The notes below the pieces were generated by a model. That model saw only the letters and a program-made list of their open reading frames with translations, did not search any database and was not told the origin of the DNA. Below, piece after piece: positions 49,690 through 62,280 of a stretch of 64,000 bases of DNA. Numbering within the stretch: the first letter of the stretch is position 1; the number at the start of each line of letters is the position of its first letter. The DNA is taken from assembly GCA_002269645.1 (NCBI GenBank), contig NIVC01000458.1:1-64000 (forward strand), written 5' to 3'. The position numbers were made by a program, and so were the translations under genes. This DNA is from Macrostomum lignano. Taxonomy: Eukaryota.

Positions 49690-52600
49690 CTAGCAATCTT
49701 CGCCCCCCGATGGGGGACATCTGGATAGAATCCTTGTTCTTTACAAATAACAAATAGACAGCGAAATAAAGCCTTCATAAAAAACAACAGACATTCCCTC
49801 TAAAAACAAAACATCCCAAGACAGCAAGCATCCTCAGACAGCATTCAAGCATCGATCCCCAAATAGCGAAATCCTCCAAACTGCAAGCATCCCCCAGATA
49901 GCAAGCATCCCCCCGATAGCAAGCAACCCCAGATAGCAAGCATCCCCCAGATAGCAAGCATCCCCCAGACCCCAGATAGTAAGCATCCCCCAGACTGCAA
50001 GCAACCCCTGATAGCAAGCATCCCCCAGATAGCAAGCAATCCCCCAGACCGCAAGCAACCCCAGATAGCAAGCATTAACCTGGATACAAAGAGACCTTAT
50101 AGATATCTAGCAACCCCCTCTTAGATAGCAAGTACCCTCCACCCCCAAGAGCAAGCATCTCCCAATAGCAAGTTACCCCAGTAGCAAGCATCCTTCCGAT
50201 AGCAAGCATCCCCTTGATAGCAAGTTTCCATCCTTAAATAGCAAGCATCCACCAGAGAAAGTAGCTAGTGCAACAATTTCCTTAGCTTTATAGTGGCTCC
50301 ATTTTGTTTGGCATGACACTTCTTTTATGTTTGAAACGGTGTCTCTTTTATGTTTAAAAAGGTGGCTCTTTAATGTTGACATAGTGGCTCTTCTATGTTT
50401 ACCATGGCGGCCCTTTTACGTTTGAAATGTTGTCTCTGTTATGTTTGACATGGTGGCTCTTCTATGTTTGACATGGTGTCTCTTCATTGTTTGACATGGT
50501 GGCTTAGTTGTTTGACATGGTGGCTCTTTTATGTTTGGCATGGTGGCTCTTTCATGTTTAACATGGTGGCTCTTTAATGTTCGACATGGTGGCTCTTTAA
50601 TGTTTGACACTGAGTCACGTAAATGTTTGACATGATGGCTCTTTTATATTTTACATGGTAGCTCTTTTATATTTTACATGGTGGCTGTTTATGTTTGACA
50701 TGGTGTCTCTTCTATGTTTGACATGGTGGCTCTTTAATGTTCGCCATGGTGGCTCTTTTATGTTTGACATGGTGGCTCTTCTATGTTTGACATGCAGTCA
50801 CATATATGTTTGACATGATGGCGCTTTAATGTTTGACATGGAGTCACGTGTATGTTTAAAATGGTGGCTCTTTTATGTTTGATATGGTGGCTCTTTTATA
50901 TTTTACATGGTAGCTCTTTTATATTTTACATGGTGGCTCTTTAATGTTCGACATGGAGGCTCCTTAAGGTTTGACATTAAGTCACGTATATGTGGCTGTT
51001 TTATGTTTGACATGATGGCTTTTGTATATTTGACATGGTAGCTCTTTTATGTCTGACATGGTAGCTCTTTTATGTTTGACATAGTGGCTCTTTATTGTTT
51101 GAGATGGAGTCACGTATATGTTTGACATGGTGGCTCTTTTATGTTTGACATGGTGGCTGTTTAATATTCGACATACAAAAAAACCTATACAAAGAAAACC
51201 GAGAAACTGCTCAAATAAAGTGCAATCCAAAAAGAAATCATCCCAAGAAAGCAAGCATCACCCAGATAGCAAGCATCCCCCAGATAGCAAGCAGCCCCCC
51301 CAGATAGCAAGCATCCCCCAGATAGCAAGCATCCCCCAGATAGCAAGCATCCCCCAGATAGCAAGTACCCCCAGATAGCAAGCATCCCCCAGATAGCAAG
51401 CATCCCCCAGATAGCAAGCATTCCCCAGATAGCAAGCATCCCCCAGATAGCAAGCATCCCCCAGATAGCAAGCATTCCCCAGATAGCAAGCATCCCCAGA
51501 TAGCAAGCACCCCCAGATAGCAAGCATCCCCCAGATAGCAAGCATCCCCCAGATAGCAAGCACCCTCAGATAGCAAGCATCCCCAGATAGCAAGCACCCC
51601 CCAGATAGCAAGTATCCCCAAATAGCAAGCATCCACCAGACAATAAGTAGCTAGTGCGAAAATTTCCTTAGCTTTATAGTGGCTCCTTTAAAATTGGCAT
51701 GACTTAAAATTGGCATTGGCTGGCAATACTTTTACGTTTGAAATTGTGTATATTTTATGCTTGACATGGTGGCTCTCTTATGTTTGACATGGTGGCTCTT
51801 TAATGTTCGAAATGGTGGCTCTTTAATGTTCGAAATGGTGGCTCTTTAATGTTTGACATAAAAACACCTATATGTTTGACATAAAGTCACTGATATGTTT
51901 GACATAAAGTCACTTTTACGTTTGACATAGTGGCTCTTTAATGTTTGACATAGTGGCTCTTTAATATTCTACATGGTGGCTCTTTAATATTCGACATGGT
52001 GGCTCTTTTATGTTTGACATGGTGGCTCTTTTATGTTCGAAATAGTGGCTCTTTAGTGTTTGACACGGTGGCTTTTTAATGTTCGAAATGGTGGCTCTTT
52101 AATGTTTGACATAAAAACACCTATATGTTTGACATAAAGTCACTGATATGTTTGACATAAAGTCACTTTTATGTTTGACATAGTGGCTCTTTAATGTTTG
52201 ACATAGTGGCTCTTTAATATTCTACATGGTGGCTCTTTAATATTCGACATGGTGGCTCTTTTATGTTTGACATGGTGGCTCTTTAATGTTTGAAATAGTG
52301 GCTCTTTAGTGTTTGACACGGTGGCATTTTAATGTTTGACATAGTAGCTCTTTAATATTCTACATTGTGGCTCTTTTATGTTCGAAATAGTGGCTCTTTT
52401 ATGTTCGAAATGGTGGCTCTTTAATGTTCGACATGGTGGCTCTTTAATGTTCGACATAGTGGCTCTTTTATGTTTGCCATGGTGGCTCTTTAATATTTTA
52501 CATGGTGGCTCTTTTATGTTTGGCATGGTGGCTCTTTAATGTTCTTCATGGTGGCTCTTTTACGTTTTACATGGTGGCTCTTTTATGTTTGACATAGAGT

Positions 52601-53249
52601 CACGTATATGTTTTACATGGTGACCATGTAATGTTTGACATGGTGCCTCTTTTATGTTTGACATTGTGCTTTTTATGTTTAGCAGTTTCGTGTTTTCAAG
52701 GTGTTTTAATAAAAAAATTATTTTGCACTACTAAGATGCGAACCCAGGTCGCTACGTCGGCAGTCCAGTCTGTTCGTATCTAGGCTATCTCTTTTCTATG
52801 AATTGTGGCCCTTATAATTCAATTCTTACAGCAAGTCAATTAAAGTAAAAAGTTATGACATAATCAATTTCTCAGTCAGCCAGTATCAGTCTCAATTTAA
52901 GTTAGCAATATTGGTTACGCAATTTAAATCAAGTCGTGTGTGCATTTCTTCGACACTGTTTTCAACTTGTTGTGATGCAATCTTTATCAGAATTGAAATT
53001 CAGTCAGTCAGGTTTTTCTCTAGCATTCTTACAATGCATTACAAGTCGAAAATTTTGCTTGACCTTTGCAAAAAAGCATGTTTTTCGAATATTTAATCCC
53101 TTTAGAATTGAGCAATTTCTTAGCCAAGATGCATGTACCGTCCCAGGAAAATTTCTGATCGAATGGTGCAAGTTTGAAGAAAATCGGTTGAGCCAATTTT
53201 TCTGAAATCTATCGCATACCCACAGACAACTCATTTTTAGTATATAGGA
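49690..53249 (-). mobile_element. Non-autonomous Helitron unit 1 (3560 bp) carrying 18-bp and 23-bp minisatellites
   Basis: On minus: 5' TC-CTATATACTAAAAATGAG and a 3' hairpin CCCCCATCGGGGG about 10 nt before CTAG, followed by T. Internal GATAGCAAGCATCCCCCA and ACATGGTGGCTCTTTTATGTTTG arrays occur as a duplicated block. Confidence 0.78.
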
Positions 53250-55645
53250 CTAGCAATCTTCGCCCCCCGATGGGGGACATCTGGATAGAATCCTTGTTCT
53301 TTAAAAATAACAAATAGACAGCGAAATAAAGCCTTCAAAAACAACAACAGACATTCCCTCTAAAAACAAAACATCCCAAGATAGCAAGCATCCTCAGACA
53401 GCATTCAAGCATCGATCCTCAAATAGCAAGCATCCCCCAGACTGCAAGCATCCCCCAGGTAGCAAGCATCCCCCCGATAGCAAGCAACCCCAGATAGTAA
53501 GCATCCCCAGATAGCAAGCATTCCCCCAGACCCCAGATAGTAAGCATCCCCCAGACAGCAAGCATCCCGCAGATAGCAAGCATCCCCCAGATAGCAAGCA
53601 TCCCCCGATAGCAAGCAACCCCAGATAGTAAGCATCCCCAGATAGCAAGCAACCCCAGATAGCAAGCATCCCCAGATAGCAAGCATTCCCCCAGACCCTA
53701 GATAGTAAGCATCCCCCAGATAGCAAGCATCCTGCAGATAGCAAGCATCCCCCAGATAGCAAGCATCCCCCCGATAGCAAGCAACGCCAGATAGCAAGCA
53801 TCCCCAGATAGCAAGCATTCCCCCAGACCCGGGATAGTAAGCATCCCCCAGATAGCAAGCATCCCCCAGATCGCAAGCATCCCCCAGACAGCAAGCAACC
53901 CCTGATAGCAAGCATAACCTGGATACAAAGATACCTTATAGATATCTAGCAACCCCCTCTCAGATAGCAAGTACCCTCCACCCACAAGAGCAAGCATCCC
54001 CCTGTAAGCAAGTATCCATCCTTAAATAGCAAGCATCCATCAGAGAACAAGTAGCTAGTGCAACAATTTCCTTAGCTTTATAATGGTTCCATTTTGTTTG
54101 GCATGACACTTCTTTTATGTTTAAAATGGGGTCTCTTTTTTGTTTAAAAAGGTGGCTCTTTAATGTTTGACATGGTAGCTCTTCTATGTTTGACATGGTA
54201 GCTCTTTTGTGTTTGACATTGAGTCACGTATATGTTTCACATGATGGCTCTTTTATGTTTGACATGGTGGCTCCTAAATGTTTGACATGGTGGCTCTTAA
54301 ATCTTTGACATTGTGGCTCTTTAATGTTAGACAAAGTGGCTTTTTAATGTTTGACATGGTGGCTCTGTAATGTTAGACAAAGTGGCTCCTTAATGTCTGA
54401 CATCATGGCTGTTTTTTGTTCTAAATGGTAGCTCTTTTATGTTCGATACGGTGGCTATTTAATGTTCGAAATAGTGGCTCTTTAATGTTTGACATAAAGT
54501 CACATATATATTTGACATGGTGGCTCTTAAATGTTTGACATGGTGGCTCTTAAATCTTTGACATGGTGGCTCTTTAATGTTAGAGAAAGTGGCTTTTTAA
54601 TGTTTGACATGGTGGCTCTTTTATGTTTGACATGGTGGCTGTTTTTTGTTCTACATGGTAACTCTTTTATGTTTGATACGGTGGCTTTTTAAAGTCTGAC
54701 ATGGTGGCTCTTTTATGTTTTACATGGTGGCTCTTCTATGTTTGACATGGTGGCTCTTTAATGTTTAACATGGTGGCTCTTCTATGTTTGACACGGTGGC
54801 TCTTAAATGTTAGACGTGGTGGCTTGTTTAGGTTTGACATAGTGGCTCTTCTATGTTTGACATGGTGGCTTTTTAATCGTTGACATGGAGTCACGTATAT
54901 GTTTGACATAGTGCTTATTTTATGTTTGGCATGGTGGCTCTTTTATGTTTGACATGGTAACTCTTTTATATTTGAAATGTTGGCTCTTTAATGTTCGACA
55001 TGGTGGCTCTTCTATGTTTGACATTGCGCTTCTATTATGTTTAGCAGTTTTGTTGTGTTTTTAAGGTGTTTTGATAAAAAAATTTTTTTTGCACTACTAA
55101 GATTCGAACCCAGGTCGCTACATTAGCATTCCAGTCTGTTCGCATCTTGGCTATCTCTTTTCAATTGGAGAACATGAATTGTGGCCCTTATAATTCAATT
55201 CTTACTGCAAGTCAATTGAAGTAAAAAGTTATGACATAATCAATTTCTCAGTCAGCCAGTATCAGTCTCAATTTAAGTTAGCAATATTGGTTATGCAATT
55301 TAAATCAAGTCGTGTGTGCATTTCTTCGGCACTGTTTTCAACTTGTTGTGATGCAATCTTTATCACAATCAGAATTCAGCCAGTCAGTTTTTTCTCTAGC
55401 ATTCTTACAATGAATTTTAGGTCGAAAGAGCTGCTTGACCTTTGCAAAAAAGCATGTTTTTCGAATATTTAATCCCTTTAAAATTTAGCAATTTCTTAGC
55501 CAAGATGCATGTACCGTCCCAGGAAAATTTCTGATCGAATGGTGCAAGTTTGAAGAAAATCGGTTGAGCCAATTTTTCTGAAATCTATCGCATACCTACC
55601 TACCCACATATATACATACAGACAACTCATTTTTAGTATATAGGA
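53250..55645 (-). mobile_element. Non-autonomous Helitron unit 2 (2396 bp), head-to-tail with unit 1
   Basis: Same termini as unit 1. The plus-strand junction TATATAGGA|CTAGCAATCTTCGCCCCCCGATGGGGG places a 3' CTAG directly against a 5' TC. One 18-mer block and one 23-mer block. Confidence 0.78.
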
Positions 55646-56226
55646 CTAGCTAAAGTTTTGCCCCCCTTCGGGGAGCAGAAATAATTAATATTCGTCTAAT
55701 ATAATATACCTTTTAGCAGGAGTACTTTAAGTGTTTTTCTTAAGCTTAAGCTTAAAATAGGAATTTTTGGAGATCGTTAATAACGCATTTTAGGTAAAAC
55801 AAAACTATCAACTTTTTACAGTTTTTAGTTTAGAGCCCTGTATATGTCAACGTGTTTGATAAAAATTATTTTTATCATTTTTGATAAAAAATGGCCTTCG
55901 GGGTGGCCAATAAGCAAGGGACGAATCCTTTTAAATGAAAAAAAATTCTTAGGGAGGGGGGCTAGGAATCGAATTCTCATTTTAATTCCAGGCTTATGTA
56001 CCAATAAAACATGTTTGTGCAGAATTTTATAACAGACATTGAAATTCAACCATACTTGCCTTCTTTCAGAGCTACTTCTACCAGTATGCTTCAGTACGCT
56101 ACCAGTACCCTTGTAAGCCTTGACATGTCAGCAATCCCCCCCCACAAGCCTTAACATATCAACTCCCCCTTGACATCTCAGCAATGCTCCCACAAGCCTT
56201 GAAATCTTAAAAAATCTGTCTATTTT

Positions 56227-56260
56227 CTAACCCTAACCCTAACCCTAACCCTAACCCTAA
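56227..56260. repeat. Interstitial telomeric repeat (CCCTAA)5+
   Basis: CTAA(CCCTAA)5 inside Helitron unit 3, with a degenerate copy near 56645-56695. Confidence 0.85.
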
Positions 56261-57229
56261 AGCATTGAAATTTCAGTAATTCTCTCTAAGAGTCTATAGC
56301 ACTACTACAGCATTATAGCGATTCCCTGCAAGCCTCGACATCGTAGGGATTCCCAAATGAATCTCTTAACTTTGACATAAAGCTTCTTTTTTTTTTACAT
56401 TACGCTTTTTCTATCAGCGATCCCTCCCGTGAGGAGCCAACAAATAATGTAATAACTTTTTTCCAATAAACTACATGTAGCTTCTGACATTAGCCTTGAC
56501 ATCTCATTTATTCCCCCGTGAGCCTTGACATCTCAGCTATAGATAGATAGATAGATTCCCCTCGTAAGCATTGACATGTCAGCGATGCCCCCCATAAACC
56601 TTGAAATCTAAAAAATCCCCTGTTAACCTTGAAACGCGCTAAAATCTAACCCTCAACCCAAACCTGACGTAAACCTAACTTTCACCCAACCTAAAGCCTT
56701 GAAATCACAGCAATTCTTCTTCCCTAAGCCTTGGCATTTAAGTGATTCCTTCTTTAAGAATCACAGCACTATAACGATTCCCTCCAAGCTTTGACATCGT
56801 AGCAATTCCCAAATGAATCTTTTAACTTTGACATGACTTTTATTTTATGTATACATAGTGCTCCTTTTATTTTTACATGACTCTTCTTCTATCAGCGCCC
56901 CCCCCCACCGTGGCAAGCCAACAAAGAATGCAATAAAAAACTTAAGTAAAGTACATGTACTTTGAAGTAGCTTCTGACTTTTGCTTTAACATCTCAGAAA
57001 CCCCCCTGTAATCTCAGTTATTCTCTGTGAGCCTTGACGTCTCAGTAATTCTCCCCAGCACAGCACTGTACTATAGCTTCATTTAATTTTTATATGACAT
57101 TTCTTTCATGTCTGACATGACGCTTCTTTTGATTTTTACGTTACGCTTCTTTTATTCTTCCATGATGCTTCTTAATTTTTTAAATGACACACTTTCATTA
57201 GTTTTTATATGAGGCTTCTATAATTTTTT

Positions 57230-58125
57230 CATGACGCTTCTATGCTTGTTTACATGACGCTTGTATGATTTTTACATGACGCTTCTATGATTGTTTACAT
57301 GACGCTTGTATGATTGTTTACATGACGCTTCTATGATTTTTTACATGACGCTTTTATGATTTTTACATGACGCTTCTATGATTTTTACATGACGCTTCTA
57401 TGATTTTTACATGACGCTTCTATGATTTTTACATGACGCTTCTATAATTTTTACATGACGCTTCTATGATTTTTACATGACGCTTCTATGATTTTTTACA
57501 TGACGCTTCTATGATTGTTTACATGACGCTTCTATGATTGTATACATGACGCTTCTATGATTGTTTACATGACGCTTTTATGATTGTTTACATGACGCTT
57601 CTATGATTTTTACATGACGCTTCTATGATTTTTACATGACGCTTCTATGATTGTTTACATGACGCTTCTATGATTGTTTACATGACGCTTCTATGATTTT
57701 AACATGACGCTTCTATGATTTTTTTACATGACGCTTCTATGATTGTTTACATGACGCTTGTATGGTTGTTTACATGACGCTTGTATGATTTTAACATGAC
57801 GCTTCTATGATTGTTTACATTACGCTTCTATGATTGCTTGCATGACGCTTCTATGATTTTTTATGACGCTTTTATGATTTTAACATGACGCTTCTATGAT
57901 TTTTTTACATGACGCTTCTATGATTGTTTACATGACGCTTGTATGATTGTTTACATGACGCTTTTATGATTTTAACATGACGCTTCTATGATTGTTTACA
58001 TGACGCTTCTATGATTTTTACATGACGCTTCTATGATTTTTACATGACGCTTCTATGATTGTTTACATGACGCTTCTATGATTGTTTACATGACGCTTGT
58101 ATGATTGTTTACATGACGCTTCCAT
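57230..58125. repeat. About 22-bp minisatellite (ACATGACGCTTCTATGATTTTT)
   Basis: Tandem array in Helitron unit 3. Confidence 0.93.
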
Positions 58126-58519
58126 AATTTTTTTTGTCTTGGCGTTAAAAGGCTTTAATTAAAAAAACTCTACTCTCTAAAAATTCGAACCATCGTCCCT
58201 GCATTTAGCAGTTTAGTCTGTTTACCTCTAGGCTAGCTCTCATGAATTTTAGTCATTACCCCTAAAAGAAAATATTCCCAAGACAGCAAGCATCCCCCCA
58301 GTAGCAAGCATCCCCTAATACTCCTAGCAAGCATCCACCCAGATAGCAAGCATCTGCAGATAGCAAGCATCTTGCAGATAGCAAGCATCTTGCAGATAGC
58401 AAGCATACCCCAAATAATGTAGAAGCATCCTTCCAGATAGCAAGCATCCTGCACATAGCAAGAATCCCTAAATAGCAAGCATCCCTGGATAGAAATAATC
58501 CTATACATGTAGCCAAGCT

Positions 58520-60425
58520 TATCAAGCGCAGTAATCCTTGGCTATCGAGTGCAGTAATCCTTGGTTTATTAATAGCAATAATCCATGGCTTATCGAGTGC
58601 AGTAATCCTTGGTTTATTAATAGCAATAATCCTTGGCTTATCGAGTGCAGTATTTCATGGTTTATTAATAGCAATAATCCTTGGCTTATCGAGTGCAGTA
58701 ATCCTTGGTTTATTAATAGCAATAATCCATGCCTTATCGAGTGCAGTAATCCTTGGTTTATTAATAGCAATAATCCTTGGCTTATCGAGTGCAGTAATCC
58801 TTGGTTTATTAATAGCAATAATCCATGGCTTATCGAGTGCAGTAATCCTTGGTTTGCCAAGAGCAATAGTCCTTGGCTTATCGAGTGCAGTAATCCTTGG
58901 TTTGCCAAGAGCAATAGTCCTTGGTTTATTGAGTGCAGTAATCCTTGGTTTATTAATAGCAATAGTCCTTGGTTTATTGAGTGCAGTAATCCTTGGTTTA
59001 TTAATAGCAATAATCCTTGGCTTATCGAGTGCAGTAATCCTTGGTTTGCCAAGTGCATAATCCTTGGTTTATCGAGTGCAGTAATCCTTGGTTTATTAAT
59101 AGCAATAATCCTTGGCTTATCGAGTGCAGTAATCCTTGGTTTATTAATAGCAATAATCCATGGCTTATCGAGTGCAGTAATCCTTGGTTTGCCAAGAGCA
59201 ATAGTCCTTGGCTTATCGAGTGCAGTAATCCTTGGTTTGCCAAGAGCAATAGTCCTTGGTTTATTGAGTGCAGTAATCCTTGGTTTATTAATAGCAATAG
59301 TCCTTGGTTTATTGAGTGCAGTAATCCTTGGTTTATTAATAGCAATAATCCTTGGCTTATCGAGTGCAGTAATCCTTGGTTTGCCAAGTGCATAAGCCTT
59401 GGTTTATTAATAGCAATAATCCTTGGCTTATCGAGTGCAGTAATCCTTGGTTTATTAATAGCAATAATCCTTGGTTTATCGAGTGCATTAATCCTTGGTT
59501 TATTAATAGCAATAATCCTTGGCTTATCGAGTGCAGTAATCCTTGGTTTATTAATAGCAATAATCCTTGGCTTATCGAGTGCAGTAATCCTTGGTTTGCC
59601 AAGAGCAATAGTCCTTGGTTTTTTGAGTGCAGTAATTCTGGTTTATTAATAGCAATAGTCCTTGGTTTATTGAGTGCAGTAATGCTTGGTTTATTAATAG
59701 CAATAATCCTTGGCTTATCGATTGCAGTAATCCTTGGTTTGCCAAGTGCATAATCCTTGGTTTATTAATAGCAATAATCCTTGGTTTATCGAGTGCAGTA
59801 ATCCTTAGTTTATTAATAGCAATAATCCTTGGCTTATCGAGTGCAGTAATCCTTGGTTTATTAATAGCAATAATCCATGGCTTATCGAGTGCAGTAATCC
59901 TTGGTTTGCCAAGAGCAATAGTCCTTGGCTTATCGAGTGCAGTAATCCTTGGTTTGCCAAGAGCAATAGTCCTTGGTTTATTGAGTGCAGTAATCCTTGG
60001 TTTATTAATAGCAATAGTCCTTGGCTTATCGAGTGCAGTAATCCTTGGTTTATTAATAGCAATAATCCTTGGTTTATCGAGTGCAGTAATCCTTGGTTTA
60101 TTAATAGCAATAATCCTTGGCTTATCGAGTGCAGTAATCCTTGGTTTATTAATAGCAATAATCCATGGCTTATGAGTGCAGTAATCCTTGGTTTATTAAT
60201 AGCAATAATCCTTGGCTTATCGAGTGCAGTAATTCATGGTTTATTAATAGCAATAATCCTTGGCTTATCGAGTGCAGTAATCCTTGGTTTATTAATAGCA
60301 ATAATCCATGGCTTATCGAGTGCAGTAATCCTTGGTTTGCCAAGAGCAATAATCCTTGGCTTATCGAGTGCAGTATTCCTTGGTTTGCCAAGAGCAATAA
60401 TCCTTAGCTTATCGAGTGCAGTAAT
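58520..60425. repeat. 48-bp (2 x 24) minisatellite (GAGTGCAGTAATCCTTGGTTTATTAATAGCAATAATCCTTGGCTTATC)
   Basis: Tandem array in Helitron unit 3. The period is divisible by 3, which explains the many spurious ORFs. Confidence 0.95.
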
Positions 60426-61428
60426 CTAAGTGTTTTTATTTAGTCCTTTAATAAAAGCTTTTAATAAAAAATTTTACACTACTACTTTTAAACTACTTAG
60501 ATTCGAACCCAGGTCGCTGCATTAGCAGTCTGGTCTGCTCAGCTCTAGGCTAGCTCTCATCGAAGTTATCAGTGAATTTGTACCACTTATATAATTAATT
60601 CAACACTCACACCAAGTCAGGTAGAGTAAAAAGTCACGCGAAGCAGTTATGACATAATCAATTTCTTAGGCAAGTCAGTACCAGTGTCTATGAAAGTTAA
60701 CAATATGGTTACGTAATATAAATTCAGTACTGCACTATACTTTCACCCTCAAAGCTGTGACGCAATTCAATTGAGTGTCAAATTCAGCCAGTACACAGAC
60801 GATAAATAAAGTGTATTGTGATGCAATCTATTTCAGAATCAGAATTCAACCAGTCAGATTTTTCTCTAGCATTCTTACAATGCATTTCAGGTCGAAAGAG
60901 CTGCTTGACCTTTGCAAAAAATCATGTTTTTCGAATATTTAATCCCTTTAACATTGAGCAATTTCTTAGCCAATATGCATGTACCGTCCCGGGAAAATTT
61001 CTGATCGAATGGTGCAAGTTTGAAGAAAATCGGTTGAGCCGTTCGGGAGAAAATCAATTACAAGCAAGCAACCAAGCATTTCATTTTTAGTATATTAGAT
61101 TAGTTTACTATATAATAGTTTAATATATTTAGTATATATTTTGTATATTAACAACTTATATGCATTACCATTAACCCATTCATAACATTATTTGAGCGTC
61201 TCAAGCACACACTTAAATGCATACCCAGTACATTCCCAGCACATCCCCAGGATATTCGCAAAACATTCCAAGTACATTCCCAACACATCCCTAGTACATT
61301 TCCAAAACATCCTCAGCACATTCCCAAAACATTCCCAGTTACACTCCCGGTGAATCCTTAAGAAGTTTCCAACACATTTAGCAAGCAAAGCACATTCCCA
61401 GTGCATTCTCCAAAGCGCTTCAGGCGGC

Positions 61429-61695
61429 TCAGCGGCCGGAGTCGGCCTCAGGGAACAGCCTACTAAAAGCGGCGCCAATCTGGTCTAGCTGATCCGTGGC
61501 CAAAGTGGCCCGCCATTTAGTTGCGAACGCCTGGGCACTGCAGCGCCTGGTCAGAGCCGAGGCGGCGTAGCCAGCAAGCAGGGCAGCCTGGCGGGGCAGC
61601 GGATGCCAACTGCCACCTGTAGGCGCCGGCTCAACAGCTGAGAAGCACCAATTAGTGAACACCAGGGCCAGGACGGACAAGATGGCGCTCTGCTG
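61429..61695 (-). CDS. Probable terminal coding exon of an unidentified gene whose upstream exons are not located in this window
   Basis: GC-rich stretch with an acceptor (ccatccag|cag) and an open frame QSAILSVLALVFTNWCF...IGAAFSRLFPEADSGR* . It is flanked by minisatellites like the other exons here. No family was recognised. Confidence 0.5.
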   Translation of the reverse strand, partial: QQSAILSVLALVFTNWCFSAVEPAPTGGSWHPLPRQAALLAGYAASALTRRCSAQAFATKWRATLATDQLDQIGAAFSRLFPEADSGR

Positions 61696-61696
61696 G

Positions 61697-62125
61697 ATGG
61701 TGTTCGGGAGGGTGTTCGAGAGGATGTTCGGGAGGGTGTTTAAGAAGATTTTCTTTTTGGGAGGGTGTTTGAGAGGATTTTTGGGAGGGTGTTTGAGAGG
61801 ATGTTCGGGAGGGTGTTCGAGAGGATGTTTGGGAGGGTGTTTGAGAAGATGTTTGGGAGGGTGTTTGAGAGGATTTTTGGGAGGGTGTTCGAGAAGTGTT
61901 CAAAAAGATGTTCGAGAGGATGTTTGGAAGGGTGTTCGAGAGGGTGTTTGGGTGTTTGAGAGGTTGTTTGGGAGGGTGTTTGAGAGGATGTTCGGAAGGG
62001 TGTTTGAGAGGGAGTTCGGGAGGGTGTTCGAGGGGATTTTCGCGAGGGTGTTCGAGAGAATTTTCAGGAGGATGTTTGAGAAGATGTTTGAGAGGATTTT
62101 CGATAGGGTGTTCGAGAGGGTGCTA
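61697..62125. repeat. 12-bp minisatellite (GAGGGTGTTCGG / GAGGATGTTTGA)
   Basis: Tandem array immediately intronward of the 61.5-kb exon. Confidence 0.9.
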
Positions 62126-62280
62126 TAGCAGCTTGAAAGGCTGGGAAATGGATAAAAGGCAGGGAGAGGAAGAGGAAGAGTCACTACCAGGAGCTTACCC
62201 ACAGAGCTTGAAGATCACCCACAACTGATCATCATCTAGTGCCACATATCTAGTGCTTTACCTGGCACTATCTTCATAGT

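Larger units (their letters stand above)
55646..61099 (-). mobile_element. Diverged Helitron unit 3 (5454 bp) with different cargo
   Basis: 3' end CTAG plus hairpin (TGCCCCCCTTCGGGGAGCA). 5' end A|TC-TAATATACTAAAAATGA at 61099. The terminal few hundred bp are homologous to units 1 and 2 (GTACCGTCCC.GGAAAATTTCTGATCGAATGGTGCAAGTTTGAAGAAAATCGGTTGAGCC). Confidence 0.72.

Noticed and set aside
56227-56260. Chromosome end
   Set aside because: Only about 5 hexamers, embedded in a mobile element mid-window.
51185-60429. MLAIWG-, HSISQGLL- and IECSNPWF-repeat ORFs
   Set aside because: The 18-bp and 48-bp periods are multiples of 3, giving open frames on both strands inside Helitron cargo. There is no splice or start context.
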